Source: Eledone cirrhosa (Eukaryota). Taken from it: 64,000 bases of DNA. A model generated the notes under the pieces. That model was not told the DNA's origin and did not search any database. It saw nothing but the letters and a program-made list of their open reading frames with translations. The position numbers were made by a program, and so were the translations under genes. The stretch's first letter is position 1; every line of letters begins with the position of its first letter. The stretch spans positions 300,452,001-300,516,000 of the forward strand of contig OZ024743.1 of assembly GCA_964016885.1 (NCBI GenBank), read 5' to 3'. This document shows positions 10,560 to 23,984 of this stretch, piece after piece.

Positions 10560-13500
10560 AACAATTGAATTATTGAATTAGTAAATGAGAAAGATGAAAG
10601 AAATCAAAACCAGATGTAATGTTCAGAATGTAATATTTAATCATTAAACAAGTGGCGCTAATAGTAATTATGAAACAGAATCGTATCAGCGTCTGCAGAA
10701 TTAAAGTAAACTCTCACACATACAGAGACAAACACAGTACACACATACACAGCGTTAGGTATATAAGGAAAGAGCAATATACATGGCAAATATATATGTG
10801 TGTATATGCCTGTCGCTCTCTGTGTATTTGATTATATTATTGTACATTAAACAAAATTGTCTTGCGTGCGTAGCAGATTACACGTGCACACGTCCACACA
10901 CATTCACATATACACAAACTGACATACACACACACATACACACATATATAACTATGTATGACTGGCTGGAATGATGTGTGTATGTATTTATATCTATATA
11001 CATTATATGTTTTTGTATATATGTATTCATGCACGGTTTCATGTATCTGCCTGCCTCTTTGTCTCTGATACACCTACGAAACTGCATCACTTGTGATATA
11101 TATAATTTTCTCTGCGTGTCCATTAATTACATGCTCAGCAAATTTCAGAACTTTAGTAGTGCTGCTGTTGAATTAGTGAGAAGTTGCAGCAGTATAAATT
11201 TATAACGAGTAGATTCTAGTGTAAACTTTTACAAGCACAGGAAGCGAAATCTTTTATAAACGATGAGTTTTAATTTAGTATTAGCGGCAACTAGTAATCA
11301 ATTCATAAGTCGAACCTCTCATTATGTATTCCTGTCGTGTATTATCAGGCAACAACCACAAATATTTAGTGATGTTTTATCAAAATAGCCATTTATTGAT
11401 ACGATTGTTGTTGGTGGGGTTGGTAGTGGTGATTCTTTTCATGTTGGAGGTTGTAGTGATGATAACATGATGCATCGGTAGTGGCGTTGGTTATAGGTAG
11501 ATTGTGGTTGTTGTGATGGTGCATTAATGCTAGTTGTCTTGAACATGATGACGGTCGTTCTGGTGTATGTTATGAAGAAAGTAGCTTTAAAAATTATGAC
11601 AGAGATAATGATGGTGGCAGGCGTAATTTTGTAATAATAGCAATTTGTATAAATAAGGAATGTGGAAAACGAAGGCAAAGAGTGTGTAAAAAAAGACAGA
11701 AACAGATGAAAACAAATGAAAGGAAAGAGAACACAAATAGTATATATAATGCGTTTGTAAAACAGTGTTGTTCTATCTAAAGATGTTGTTATGGAAGTAA
11801 TAGGTGAACAACATGTAATAAATGGACGTATTGGAAGAATTGTAAACTGCAATGAGTATAGCAAATATGACAACGGAAATAACGATGGTTCTGAGGACAT
11901 TGCTTAAATGCATGATTATGATCAAAAGAAATCTGGAGTTCAGTGAAATGATTTTAATACGAACGTGCTGGAATGAAATTTAGAATTTTATTGTTGTAGA
12001 ATGGTTTCATTAAGATAAATCACGAAATTTAATATTGTACAAAATGAATAATAATAACAAAAATAATAAAGTTAGACCACAGTATAAGATATGATAAACA
12101 GTTACCTCTAAGAGGCCAGTACGCAGATTATTTCTATTTTCTATATGTTTTATACAGGGTACGGTAAATGTAACGCATTTTCTTTATTTATTAACTTTTA
12201 TTGAACGAAAATAATTTTTCGTAAATTATTGTAAGTGATTTCCGTTCTATACAAGATGATAAATAAAAAGGGTCGTTACTCTTGCGTTACTATGAATTTG
12301 TAAGTCCTGTGGTGTAAGTACGTGTCTGTGTTTTGTTTTTAAAATATTCCCGGGCCACTTATTGTTGTGGAGATTGTTTCGGTTTTTATTATTCACATTT
12401 GGTTTATTTCTATGTCCAGACTTTGATGTTTAATGAATTCCCCATTTTTTTAAATAGATATATTGTCGCCTGTGGGGATAAATACTCTAATTAGAAGACA
12501 GTAAACAGTTTTTTCCCATGGATTTGACTATAATATCCAGTCCGTGGTCTTCGATCCCACCGAGTGTGTCTATTGGCTTACCTCAGTGTATGCTTGCTTT
12601 ATCATTCTCAGACACATGTTTTGGCGTATATTTTATCACTTCCAAGTATATATTTGAACTACGTTTTGGTGTATATTTGTATCACAAATTTTCTGTTGGC
12701 ATTTCGTAATTTTCGAATCACTCCAACATCGCAATTCTATTTCTGTGGACATATTCTATTGGGACTGAGTCAGGTGAGTCCGTGATAATGCGTTTTTTTT
12801 GTTTTCTTCCCCGTCACTACATATTTAGCAGTTACTTAATGTGTCCGCTTCATTATATATTTCTGTTGGTTTCTGGTGGAGAAAGGTTGACCTTCTGTAA
12901 CTGGGAATCTGTCTCTCCGGGCTTTTCGTACTTTGCTTCATAAACAGATTTATGAATTTTGTTTTTCCATTTCCTCTCTATTCAGTTTTCTTTTCGTGCA
13001 GGGTTTTTCTTGCAATCGATATGCCAAGCATATCTTTCTGGAGTTCTGTTTTCAATTAGGATTTTTTGAAATTTATATTGCTGTTTCTTTTGTGTTTTCC
13101 TTTTCCTCATAATTATCTGTCTATTCAATTTCTTGTATGAATCTGTTGGCCTCATTGAAGCTAGAAAATATTATTCTTGTTTTTTTTTATGTTTTACCAT
13201 ATCGTTATTTTTCATTAGATATTTTTGCAGTAATATATAATACTTTTCTAATTGCATAAGGACCTTCTCTTCTCAGTGGTTGAGGTAGGCAAACTCTTTC
13301 TACATCTGAGATAGTGTGGAGTATTTAGGATGAATTATTTTTCTTGTATTTCTGTCTATTCGTGATAGTTGTTTTAGTGTCGAGTTCAAAATGGATGTTG
13401 TAACTATTGCTTATTATACCAGTCCTTGCAATCACTTCTCATTTAAGTAGTAATCTAATCTGTCTATATTATTCTTTGTTACACTTCTCTTTTGGCTGTG

Positions 13501-14302
13501 TGTGTTGATATCTGTCTAGGTTATCAATTCCTACATATTTCCCTATATTTTATCTAATTCTCTCATCTCAATGTCTTTATCTAACGTGATATTTAGCACT
13601 GTTCACTAGTTTTCCTCTCTTTTGGGCTACCTTGCCATATTTTTCTATTCCATTTAAATTCCTATTTAAATTTTTATGAATCCATGTATTGCCAACAGTA
13701 ATATTTAAATCTATCTCTAAACTGTAGCAGACAGATTTAGATCTACCATATCTTCCATCAATAGCTGAAAAAAAAACAATCTACAAAAGGATGATATTAG
13801 TCGACTAGAAAAAAAGCATTGTGTTATATGGCTCTTTGCTTGCAAACGAACCAAATTTTAATAATTGTTTCTACTTCTGGCACAAGGCCAGCAAATACCC
13901 AGTGCATTACTGGTACTTTATTAATAATGTTATTATAATAGTAGTATTACTCACTCACGAATACAATTAGATATCTGCCATGTGAGAGCAAAAATAAATG
14001 TTCCTTTTAATTTTCGATAAATCCGGCCGTAAAATCGCTCGCTATTCAAATTGCGCTTATCAGCCGAGGTGTGCCTTAGATAATAATATGTATTCTCAAC
14101 AGTTCCAGCGAATATCTGAGTTGAGAGAATACACAGTCTTGATACGGGGCAATAACTCAGAAAGCATTGTAGACTGTTTTCACTCTACTACCGCTGGCAA
14201 TAAAGAATGACGTTAGTCGTCTATAAACCTCACACAGACTAAGAGGCCGTTTGCTTGCAAACGATCCCAACATTTGTAATATTACTATATTATTGCTTTG
14301 AC

Positions 14303-14446
14303 ACATAGAGTTACGGCTCTTGCCATTCTGAGTTCAAATCCCGCCAAGGTTAACTTTGCCTTTCATCCTTACGGGGTCGATACAATAGAGTACCAGTAAT
14401 GCACTGGGTAATTGCAGGCCTTGTGCCAAAAGTAGAAACAATTATT
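14303..14446 (+). mobile_element. tRNA-derived SINE (octopus-type family)
   Basis: B-box gagttcaaatccc, then taactttgcctttcatccttacggggtcgat...agtaccagtaatgcactggg...agaaacaattatt. Multi-copy in this window. Confidence 0.85.
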
Positions 14447-14472
14447 ATATTATTATTATTATAATATTATTA

Positions 14473-14902
14473 CTATCTGCACCCGTGAAAAAATTCACAG
14501 ATAATTTTTGAAATTTAAATATTTTCCAATGAATATTTATCAGTTAATCAAAGTTAATTAATTTGCAGTATTTTGGTGAATAAACAATTATATTTTCCTT
14601 TATTTTATGTATAATAATATGAGTTTATTTAAAATTAATTTAATAAAAGTACACAAAAAACATCCTTTAAAGCACTTCCCTATATATACAATGTTTCTAG
14701 TAAAGGTGATTCCCCTTTTGCGGCCTGGGCGGTGAATGATAAGACAATGAAAGAAAATATTCGGCGCAAGGCATTACATAAAATTATTGTATGTATGATA
14801 CAGATTTTTTTCAACAGCATTTAAATTACTATGTAATTACTGAAAGCGCGAAACACACGGTCGGACGTACGGTACGTAGGTAAAAGCGTATTAATATATA
14901 GA
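14473..14902 (-). mobile_element. Possible non-autonomous Helitron
   Basis: Minus strand begins A|TCTATATATTAATAC and ends with a gtgaa/ttcac hairpin then ATAG|T (CTAG variant). Confidence 0.4.
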
Positions 14903-14918
14903 TTACTATTGGTAGTAT

Positions 14919-15110
14919 CGGTGGATTGACAGTATCGGTAGAGGGTCGGACGCCATGATTTGCAGCAATGAGTTACGGCCCCTTATGATCTGAGTTCAAA
15001 TCCCGACGAGGTTAACTTTGCCTTTCATCCTTACGGGGTCGATGAAATAAAGTACCAGTACTAGATTGTGATAATTGCTGGCCTTGTGACAACAGTAGAA
15101 ACAATTATTA
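14919..15110 (+). mobile_element. tRNA-derived SINE, full length
   Basis: Same family as 14303, 19403 and 26878. Confidence 0.85.
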
Positions 15111-15598
15111 TATTATAATTATTCACTCACGAATACATACATATATATTTATATATATATACATGTGTGATTGCGCATTTATATATTACTATACGAATTA
15201 TTGGAACTAAAAAAAGAAGGCCCTCAATTACATGTTCCTAATGTTTTTTACGCATGATTTTCTACTTAAATTCACCATTTAATCTGCGAATCAACAAAGT
15301 TCCACACGTTTCTGTTTTTTGCTTCCACTTGGAGGGTCAACTTCTCTTTCTCTGATGCTGGTTGATGCTTCCTGTAGTAAATTTGTTATTCAGTTATGTA
15401 CTGGATTAGTAAAATCTCAGAATATAAATTATGGCGGGAGTTCTTTTGTTTTCACGTTTTGTTATGGAACAATATGGTGATTAGGTAAGTTGGGGATCAT
15501 ATCGAAAAACATGTAAACTGTCAGATTTTCTCCTGTGCATAGAAGATGGGAGTAGTGGAGAATAAAACCACCTTGTTGCTGTTGTTGTTATTGCTGCT

Positions 15599-15713
15599 GT
15601 CTTCTTCTTCTTCTTCTTCTTCTTCTTCTTCTTCTTCTTCTTCTTCTTCTTCTTCTTCTTCTTCTTCTTCTTCTTCTTCTTCTTCTTCTTCTTCTTCATC
15701 TTCTTCTTCTTCT
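15599..15713. repeat. (CTT)n microsatellite
   Basis: Direct reading; explains the poly-K and poly-S ORFs. Confidence 0.95.
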
Positions 15714-17569
15714 ACTTTCTTCGCGAATTTATTCCTAAGATGGTCATGAGTATTTCAGATTGTATCTCAAGGACAGTAGATCGGTATCGCGCAGGTTGTC
15801 TAAGACAATAGACTACAAAGAAGACAGTTTTGTAATATACGGTTAAAGTAGATATGGTTAGTAGGCAGGGAACCAGATACTGCAATCTGAACGCTTTGTC
15901 TTCAAAGAATAGAGAGACTAGATCGACGAACTATTTAAACGAGCGACCACAGATGCAATCGATTATAATAAAGCGAAACTCGAACTAAAATGGGCGATCA
16001 GTGTAGAAGTAATAAGTATTAGTAAGGCTGGATCGATAAAAGAAACAACAAAAAAAAGAGATAGCTCGTTAACCGATTAGAAGAGACATTTACAGATATA
16101 TTGCAATATATGTGCTTAGAGCAAGATTAACCGATCGTTAATGTTTCAACGTCAAGCACAAAGGCTGCGTTGTCTGGGCTAAGCTTTGTGCATTTAAACA
16201 TGAAGTGCTGAAAGCCATTTGTTAAAGCTGAGTGTCAGGCTCCCAACAACAACAACATTCAGTTGTTTCCGGTCCAGGATGCGCATGTGCTATTTCATTC
16301 CAAAATGATATGTATGCTGCTAAGGGGTACCTTTCTTCTAATTCTCGGGATTAGCGTCGGGTCGGATACCAATATGATTCCGGTACAAGCCTACATGGCT
16401 TCCCTCGCAGCTCGAGAACTGACGCTGCATGATGCGAGAAATGTATAGCATCTATTGAAATAAAGGTCCTCAAACTATAGCAAGCTGTGGGCGATGGGAT
16501 ATACTTTAGTTGTTGGTTGAGATTTAAATAACTGAAGACAACCATATCTCATACCAAATTGAGTGTGGTGAGTAAATTGCTGCCTTTCAGCAACTTTCGT
16601 GATAGGTAGATGTGTGCCTACTGTGATCCAAGTGAACTGGCCTCCTCTCTACATGCAACTGTTGATTGTAATGAAGGGAGAAGGCATGTGCTCTAGTGAT
16701 AAGGTTGATCGTGGTGGGAATTGTGTTTGATTTTATTGCAACTCACATTCTTTTGTTTCCGCTATTTATCTATTTTACAATTCTTCATGTAAAGCCACAT
16801 AGAAAAGTCAAGTACATTCCTAGTTCTTTTTTTAAACACTTATAGTTTATAAAGAATTTATTATTATGGAATTATATTCTGCCAAGCATTTATATTCTAT
16901 TTCTAAAGATAATTAAAATAAATCTCTTCCCATTCTTGACATGAAACATTTTCATATATTATATATGGTTTTACTTAATGTGTATTACGTGTGATATTTG
17001 TTGATTATGTTTTACTAAAAGAAAGTTATGTATGCATGGAAGTTGATCCTGTAAGAAGATGTTGGCACATGTACGTATATATGTTTGTACATGTGAATTG
17101 AATTGCATACAATTGCGTAGTAATATACACGTGAATACATCATTTTCTATTGATAAAATGGGGTTTGGTTTATATGTCCTTATCGATGTAATCATTGTCA
17201 TGATTAAAATCACGTATTATCAGGAATTTCGTCCTCATACTTTTATAGACCCTATATACAAGCAAATCTAACTAGCCATCGGAAATATATTGAAACGTTA
17301 TATTCAAACTGACGCTCATATATGCTGAAAAATTGCATTATTTAGACTTCCAGTTATTCTAAGTTTCAATTTCATTTGAAAGTCCGTTACAATCAGTGCT
17401 TTCGGCAATTTACACACAACTCGTCTATTTATAATATTCCATGAAATATTCCCTCAAGAATTTTCTAGTTTATGCACTTCGAATGATGAATCCTTACCAT
17501 TTAGAAAGGAGGTGTTTCTTCATTATGATAATCCTATAAATATATTCTGATATCAGTAGCATTGATCAT

Positions 17570-17742
17570 AACTGTTACTACTTTTGGCACAAAGCCAGCA
17601 ATTACCCTTGTTCATTACTACTGGTACTTTATTTTATCGACTCTGTATGGATGAAAGGCGAAGATAACCGTGGCGGGGTTTGAACTCAGACCTTAAAGGT
17701 ACGTAACTCTATGCTGGAAATGATGCGTCCGACCCTCTACTC
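17570..17742 (-). mobile_element. tRNA-derived SINE
   Basis: Reverse complement of the family core (ctggtactttattttatcgac...gatgaaaggc...tttgaactcag). Confidence 0.8.
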
Positions 17743-19401
17743 CTAATACTACTATTTTGTTAATGTGTTTCACCAAGAAACTTTAATTTCGGTACTCGGT
17801 GTTCTTCACCTATTTTCATATATAATTCTATCGGTTTCTATTGATGTTCAATAGAGCGGAACTGCGGTGATTTTGAAATCCTTCTTAGTTTCCAGATGTT
17901 TGAAACCAATGTTATATTTGTTTATTATTTATCTGAATGTTTATTAATATATCGTAATTTTACCCAGATTTCTTATTTATATAATTTTGTTTGACTGCTC
18001 GTCAGATTTGAACGAACAAACCTATGTTCAAAGTATTACATAGAGTTCATTCGTCCCATTATTTTAGTTATACTAAATGATATTTAATTCCTTCACTACT
18101 GAGAAAGTAATGAATAATTTGTTGAAGACTTGACACCATATATCGCAGGCTAAATGTCAATATAGTGGTTCCCGCTTGGAGCGTTCAAAGGAGAGCAGTT
18201 GACAAGATTTAACATATTTCATGAACATTGATATATATATTGTTTCTATAGTCATGTCTTTATGTATTTAGAAATTGTTTCTGTATGATGCATGGTATTC
18301 TTTGCATGTAAATTATATATATTTAAATAGTAGACTTTGGTATGAAAAAACAAAATTGTATTTTCCTAGTTTAACTTAATTTTTACAGTGGGGGATATAC
18401 CACAAATATACTCAATTAGATCGATCCGATCCCCAGTTGGAAAAAAATAGTATATCGATTCCAGTTAGATTAATATAAGAACGTGTAAAACACAACAAAA
18501 ACTAACTACTGAGATCATAAAACAACAGTTTAATATTACTAGACATTTTGCTCAAGAAACTAATGAAATTGTCCATATCACACTGCTGCTTAATATTTTT
18601 CTTATTATTTTAGGTACATATTTCATACAATTTCCAAGCTATTATAATGACATCGTATGTCTGAATTCATCATATTGTAAAGCACAACTTGGAAAAATGA
18701 TCTGTTCCATCATAATTGTTTGTTTTCAGTGCTATCATCTCATTAGTCCATATTCTACTACAGAGTTCCTTCAAATGATGCCTGAATCATTGCGTATCTA
18801 TGTTTCATTTTTCTATCGATATTGTGTTTCGTAATTCCATTCGTTGATAAGTGACTCAAACATATTAGTCGAAAAGTATTAAGCCTAGCAGTGTCAGATC
18901 TATGAATGCTTACAGTTGAGAATAGAACTAACTTCTACCTAATGACTAAATATTCATTAGGAAAGATGATTTATTTATCATGTTATCACCGATTGGAAAC
19001 CAGCACCCTGGTTACACATTAAAACGCATCTCATACACTATTTAAGAAAGGAATATATTCAATTAACTATAATAATATTGCTTTTGATACGAATTAACTC
19101 AGATTTTAGCACGCTTTATGGTTACAATATATATTATTTTTCGACAAAACATCTGAGTTTTAAGAATATTGCTACTAACGATATTTATCTGAAGAAATCC
19201 GTTTATGGTAAATATCGTAATCTATTTTAGGGCGTGCATGTGAATTAAAGTAAGTAAATATTTCTTTCTAATAATCTTTCAGAAGAAAAAAGAATTACAT
19301 CTATTTCATTCTGAATTGTCGCTCATCTGATATTCTAGGGTATAATTGGAGTTGACATATGCAACTACATAATAACTATACATTATGCACCTCTCATTCC
19401 T

Positions 19402-19590
19402 GGTGGCTTGGCAGTATCGGTAGAGGGTCAGACGCCATGCTTTAACGCATAGAGTTACGGCCCTTGCCATTCTGAGTTTAAATCCCGCCGAGGTTAACTT
19501 TGCCTTTCATCCTTACGGGGTCGATAAAATAAAGTACCAGTAATGCAGTGACTAATTTGCTGGCCTTGTTCCAAAAGTAGAAACAATTAT
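19402..19590 (+). mobile_element. tRNA-derived SINE, full length
   Basis: ggtggcttggcagtatcggtagagggtc...gagtttaaatcccgccgaggttaactttgcctttcatcc...agaaacaattatt. Confidence 0.85.
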
Positions 19591-19994
19591 TTGTATTACT
19601 ATTATGATCAATTCATGCAAAGCATTGCAATACCATGCATAATCCGCAAGACAATGCCTGTAATAGATTGTAACTGTAATAATAAGAATGTGGTGGAAAG
19701 AGTTTTACACAATGAAGCCAGCACCTGTACACCCACAGACAATAATATCAGCTTCACAAGGAATAAAATATCCCATAAGGGGTCTACAGGATATTCGTGA
19801 GGGAAAGCCACCGTTTGTGACGAGTTATCTAGGTTATTCAACCCATTGAACTGCATTCTAGTGAAATTAAAATGTTCATGGCTGAGCAATCCACAGGCAC
19901 ATTCAACCATAACTTAATATTCAGGCAGACGCAGCATGACACAGTGGGTGACATGGTTGGCCTTTCAACTTACAGGTACAATCCCTTTTGCCAT

Positions 19995-20120
19995 TTGACT
20001 GGAGCAACATGAAATAAAGCGTCTTGCTGAAGCACATATCAAACCGTTCGGTCCGGGTAGCAAGCTCATGACATTACGTTAGTGAGTTGAACACACTAAC
20101 CGATAAACAACGAGCATTCA
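19995..20120 (-). mobile_element. Second SINE family (tRNA head), degenerate
   Basis: gactggagcaacatgaaataaagcgtcttgctgaagcac...ctaaccgat is reverse-related to 41-150. Confidence 0.5.
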
Positions 20121-20136
20121 CCTTCAGGATAATAAA

Positions 20137-20661
20137 TCTAAACTATAATAAAGGAAGTTCTTTCGGACTGCGTACGGTTTATTTTGTTTATCCCGTTAGG
20201 AAAATAAGTTGGATTACTTTAATAAATAAAGAATGAATATTACATAATTTATCTACTTAAATTCGTAAACAAAAATAATTTCGTAAAAATAAATAATTTA
20301 AAATTGACTTCTTTTCAAAGTTGCACTTCCGGTATATCGTTGCCACCACCACCACTTCAACTACCATATATATAGAAAGAGAGAGTGTTTCATATCAACA
20401 CTTCCGGTGGCGATCACTTAAATAAACATACTAATTTTCTGTCACTAATTTTCTCCTAATACAGTTTATATATATCGTCTTCTTTTAATGTATCATGGAT
20501 TACGTTACTGGTAACAACTCATCGTTCAATTTCTGTTTATATTGTCAATTACGATTTTATTTGATTTATCATATCTACATGTACATGTACTTGTATATAA
20601 TATCAACATACACACTGCACATGCTGGCAGAAAACCACCCGAAAGGTGGTTTTTCTGCTAG
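20137..20661 (+). mobile_element. Non-autonomous Helitron-like element (~525 bp)
   Basis: 5' A|TCTAAACTATAATAAAGG. 3' hairpin gcagaaaaccacc-cgaaa-ggtggtttttctgc ending CTAG|T. No TSD. Confidence 0.65.
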
Positions 20662-20699
20662 TCTAATATAAAAAAATTATAAAATGTGTAGGAATTTTT

Positions 20700-22548
20700 T
20701 TATTTGGTTTTATTTATTTATTGTTTTATTATTTTTTTTTTTTTAAATCATAAACTGTTGTCATATTTACAAAAAGGATACGACGGACAGAATGGAGGAC
20801 GCGTTTCCCCGGAGGAAGGCAAGGGAGACGCGCTGGAAAAGCCACTCCAACTCACGGTGCTCACACCTGCGGCTGGCCAGCTCAGCGCCTATGGTGGTAA
20901 GTAAGGAGGTAGCCCTGGGGCCGAGGACACCAGAAGTCTCCACTGCCAGGTGAACGACCGCAAACCTGTCGGAGAGCGACCGGTATTTGAGGAGTTTGGC
21001 CTCCTCAGCCCGACGTGCAGCAGAACCTGGGTCAGTCACAGACTGCACCAGATTGCGGCTGCAGAAAGTGTCGGTGCAAGTGTATCCCAGACGAGGGGTT
21101 TGCCACCGCGGAACGGGAAGATGGTCATGCCATCTGGCCTTTTGCCGTCCTCTCGATCCAGCCCAACCGGCTCGAGCTGGGAAAGGAAGCCTGCACCATC
21201 CAAGCCATGCTAAATGACCTCTTTGATGGCAGCATGGCGTGGAATGCGGCCGGCACTATGGCGACAGGAAAGTGGGTGGAGGCCGAAAGAGTCCAGTGTA
21301 GAACCGCAGCGACATTGGTGTGGCTGGCAGATCCGGAGGCTAAGCCTCAGGGAAACGCCGATGCGCAGGCTATGGTTGTCTAGCTGCGTGCCAGTGTGAA
21401 GGAGGGCAGGGCATGGAGCAAATCACCAGCGTGGGGTTTGGAGGCCGCACGAAAACAAGCAAGGCGTTGCTGGTGGAGCTGGCGCGTGAGCCTGTCGGAG
21501 AGCAGGCTGCACTGGTTGTCATCCCAAGTGCGTTGGGGGAACTTGATGTCAACAGGGGGAGAAGGAGGAGATACGTCTACTGGACTATTTCTCAGCTGGT
21601 CCCACGTCTCACAGGCGGCCTCACGTTCTCTGAACACAGAGGGTTCTGTTGTGCCTTGAAGATACCTGCTGACGAGGAAGCGGCACGAAGTTACGGACGA
21701 AAAATACGCCGGCAAAGATAGTGAGATCGGGGACCGGAGGCCAAGGCCGCCATACCTGACAGGTAAAGTGACCTGTTGCCACCCTATGCCGTCAAACTTG
21801 ACGTTGCATATCTCCTCGGCTGCTTCCCGGATACAAGTATCGTGGTCAGCGATGAGATATGTCTGGGTGTAGCACGGAGGGTTGCGAAGGGTATAGAGGA
21901 GCTTCGGCATGGTGAAGCAGTTCCTCAGCAGAAAGAGAGCTGGGTGGCCGTCAATCAAGCCCAGTCGGCTCGTGAGAGTCTGGAGTTGTTGAAGCCTAGA
22001 CCTGATGGTGGAGCGGATGGCGGGTGGTGGATCGGTGAACCGAGGATATGGACATCCTCTTTGGGGGTCACCTGAACCTCGATGATGCAAAGCTCTCAGC
22101 ATCGAGGCTGACATTCATCACCTCCGACTTGGGCTAGCGACCTGGAGGCCGATTCCCGCTAGGGCAGGAACAACTGAAGGCAGACAGTCCGTACGGGCCC
22201 GCCCAACGTAACATCATCCAGATACCAAACGTTGAGAGGGGCCGTGATACTCCGGGCGATGTGGTCAATACCAAGGGCGAAGAGGAGGGGTCCCAAAGTG
22301 TCGCCCTGTTGGACCGCAGTCGCCGCGGGTATGACCGTATCAGCAGCGAGGAGCATGCTCGGGGCTCCATACGACAGGTAGGCCAGCGGTTAGGCAGAGG
22401 GGGCTCCGCTGATGCAGGCCTCGAGCAGATGATCCCGGCGTAAAGAGTTGAAGGCATTCCTGTTGAAGAACCGCCTGGTTGCATGAGCGACCCTCTCACA
22501 ACCAGCGGACACGCGGACACCCAGTTGCACCGGACTAAACTCTACACC
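20700..22548 (-). mobile_element. 5'-truncated CRE-clade-like non-LTR retrotransposon (RT + restriction-like endonuclease), frameshifted
   Basis: VQQGDTLGPLLFAL, WYLDD, LPVRYGGLGLR and KYRSL...LAVETSGVLG...FQRVSLAFLRGNA in the minus-strand ORFs. A-rich 3' tail at ~20700-20745. GC-rich versus flanks. Confidence 0.85.
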
Positions 22549-22549
22549 C

Positions 22550-23105
22550 TATAAAAACCAACAGAAACGTTGTGTTTTTTTATAACTCCAAATTATTACG
22601 CTAATTTACTTAGTCAAAAATACAACGGTGGCACTATTTTCACCATCTATTTTTTTATTATTTATTACTGTAGCTAATAATGCGCATGTGCTGTTTTGTT
22701 TAATTTTATAAGGCTTTTTTTTTTTGCAGACCATGTCACTGACGTTTGATATTATGTCATTTAGCATATTCAAGAATCTAAGAAAACCACTCTCTTAGAT
22801 TCTTTAATATGCTAAATGACGTAATATCAAACGTCAGAAATTTAAATGATATGGTCTGCAAAAAAAAAAAAAAAAAAAAACCCTTATAGAAATTAATCAA
22901 AGCGTCACATGCACATTATTAGCTACAATAATAATAATAAAATAAATAGAGAGTGAAAATAGTGCCACCGTTGTATTTTTGACTAAGTAAATTAGCCTAA
23001 TAATTTGGAGTTATAATAGCCCCCACGTTTCTGTGGGTTTTTTATAACTCCAAATTATTAGGCTAATTTACTTAGTCAAAAATACTACGGTGGCACTATT
23101 TTCAC
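22550..23105. mobile_element. Foldback/MITE-like palindrome
   Basis: 22579-22783 is the imperfect reverse complement of 22793-23016. A further partial arm copy lies at 23041-23105. Confidence 0.8.
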
Positions 23106-23365
23106 TACCTAATTTCAAATTCTCCGCTGTTAGCAAACAAAAGCTGAAAAGAGCTTGTATCTTATATATATGTATTAAAAAATATTGAATTTGAAGAATT
23201 ATAACACACATATCGAGAAAGCAAATCCTTCTTTCATTGTGAAATATCTACAATCATATAGAAGGGCATTCTATCGTCCTGTATCCCTACCAAATATACT
23301 TGTTTATAAGGTAAAAAATATAACATAAATTCTATACAGACTCTATTTGAAATCAATAGAAACTC

Positions 23366-23555
23366 ATTGTTTCTACATTTGGCACAAGGCCAGCAATTAT
23401 CCCAGAGTATCGTTGGTACTTTATTTTATCGACCCCGTAAGGATGAAAGGCAAAGTTAACCTCGGCGAGATTTGAACTCAGACCATAAAAGTCCGTAACT
23501 CTATGCTGCAAAGCATGATATCCGACATTCTACCGAGTCTGCCAATGCACTGCCA
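23366..23555 (-). mobile_element. tRNA-derived SINE
   Basis: Reverse complement of the family consensus. Confidence 0.85.
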
Positions 23556-23774
23556 AATTGTTATAATGACGTATCTAAGTACATCTCAGTTAAACCCCAA
23601 TTTACGTATATTAATTCATATATATATACTTTGTTTTTAAATTGGCATCAGGAAGCTACCAAATTATAACAATGTAAATATTTATATATATCCCGATAGT
23701 ATATATCTTACAATATATGTTCATATATATATATGATCATATACAATAAATATTCGTGAGCCTCACTATCACAC

Positions 23775-23970
23775 CCTTAGGGGATCGACAAAATAAAGTA
23801 CCAGTCACGCACTGGGGTCGATATTATCGACTTTCCCCTCCCCCAAACATTTCTGACCTTGTTCCTATATAAGAAACCATTATTAATATTTTTCTTACGG
23901 GGTCGATAAAATAAAGTACCAGTAATGAACTGGATAATTGCTGGCCTTGTGCCTGAAGTAGAAACAATTA
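23775..23970 (+). mobile_element. Two adjacent 5'-truncated SINE 3' halves
   Basis: gggatcgacaaaataaagtaccagt...ctggggtcgatattatcgact, then cttacggggtcgataaaataaagtaccagt...agaaacaatt. Confidence 0.75.
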
Positions 23971-23984
23971 ATATTGTTCTTTGA

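Noticed and set aside
12420-13700. Strand-biased region resembling a decayed LINE ORF1 on the minus strand
   Set aside because: No continuous frame or diagnostic motif could be recovered.
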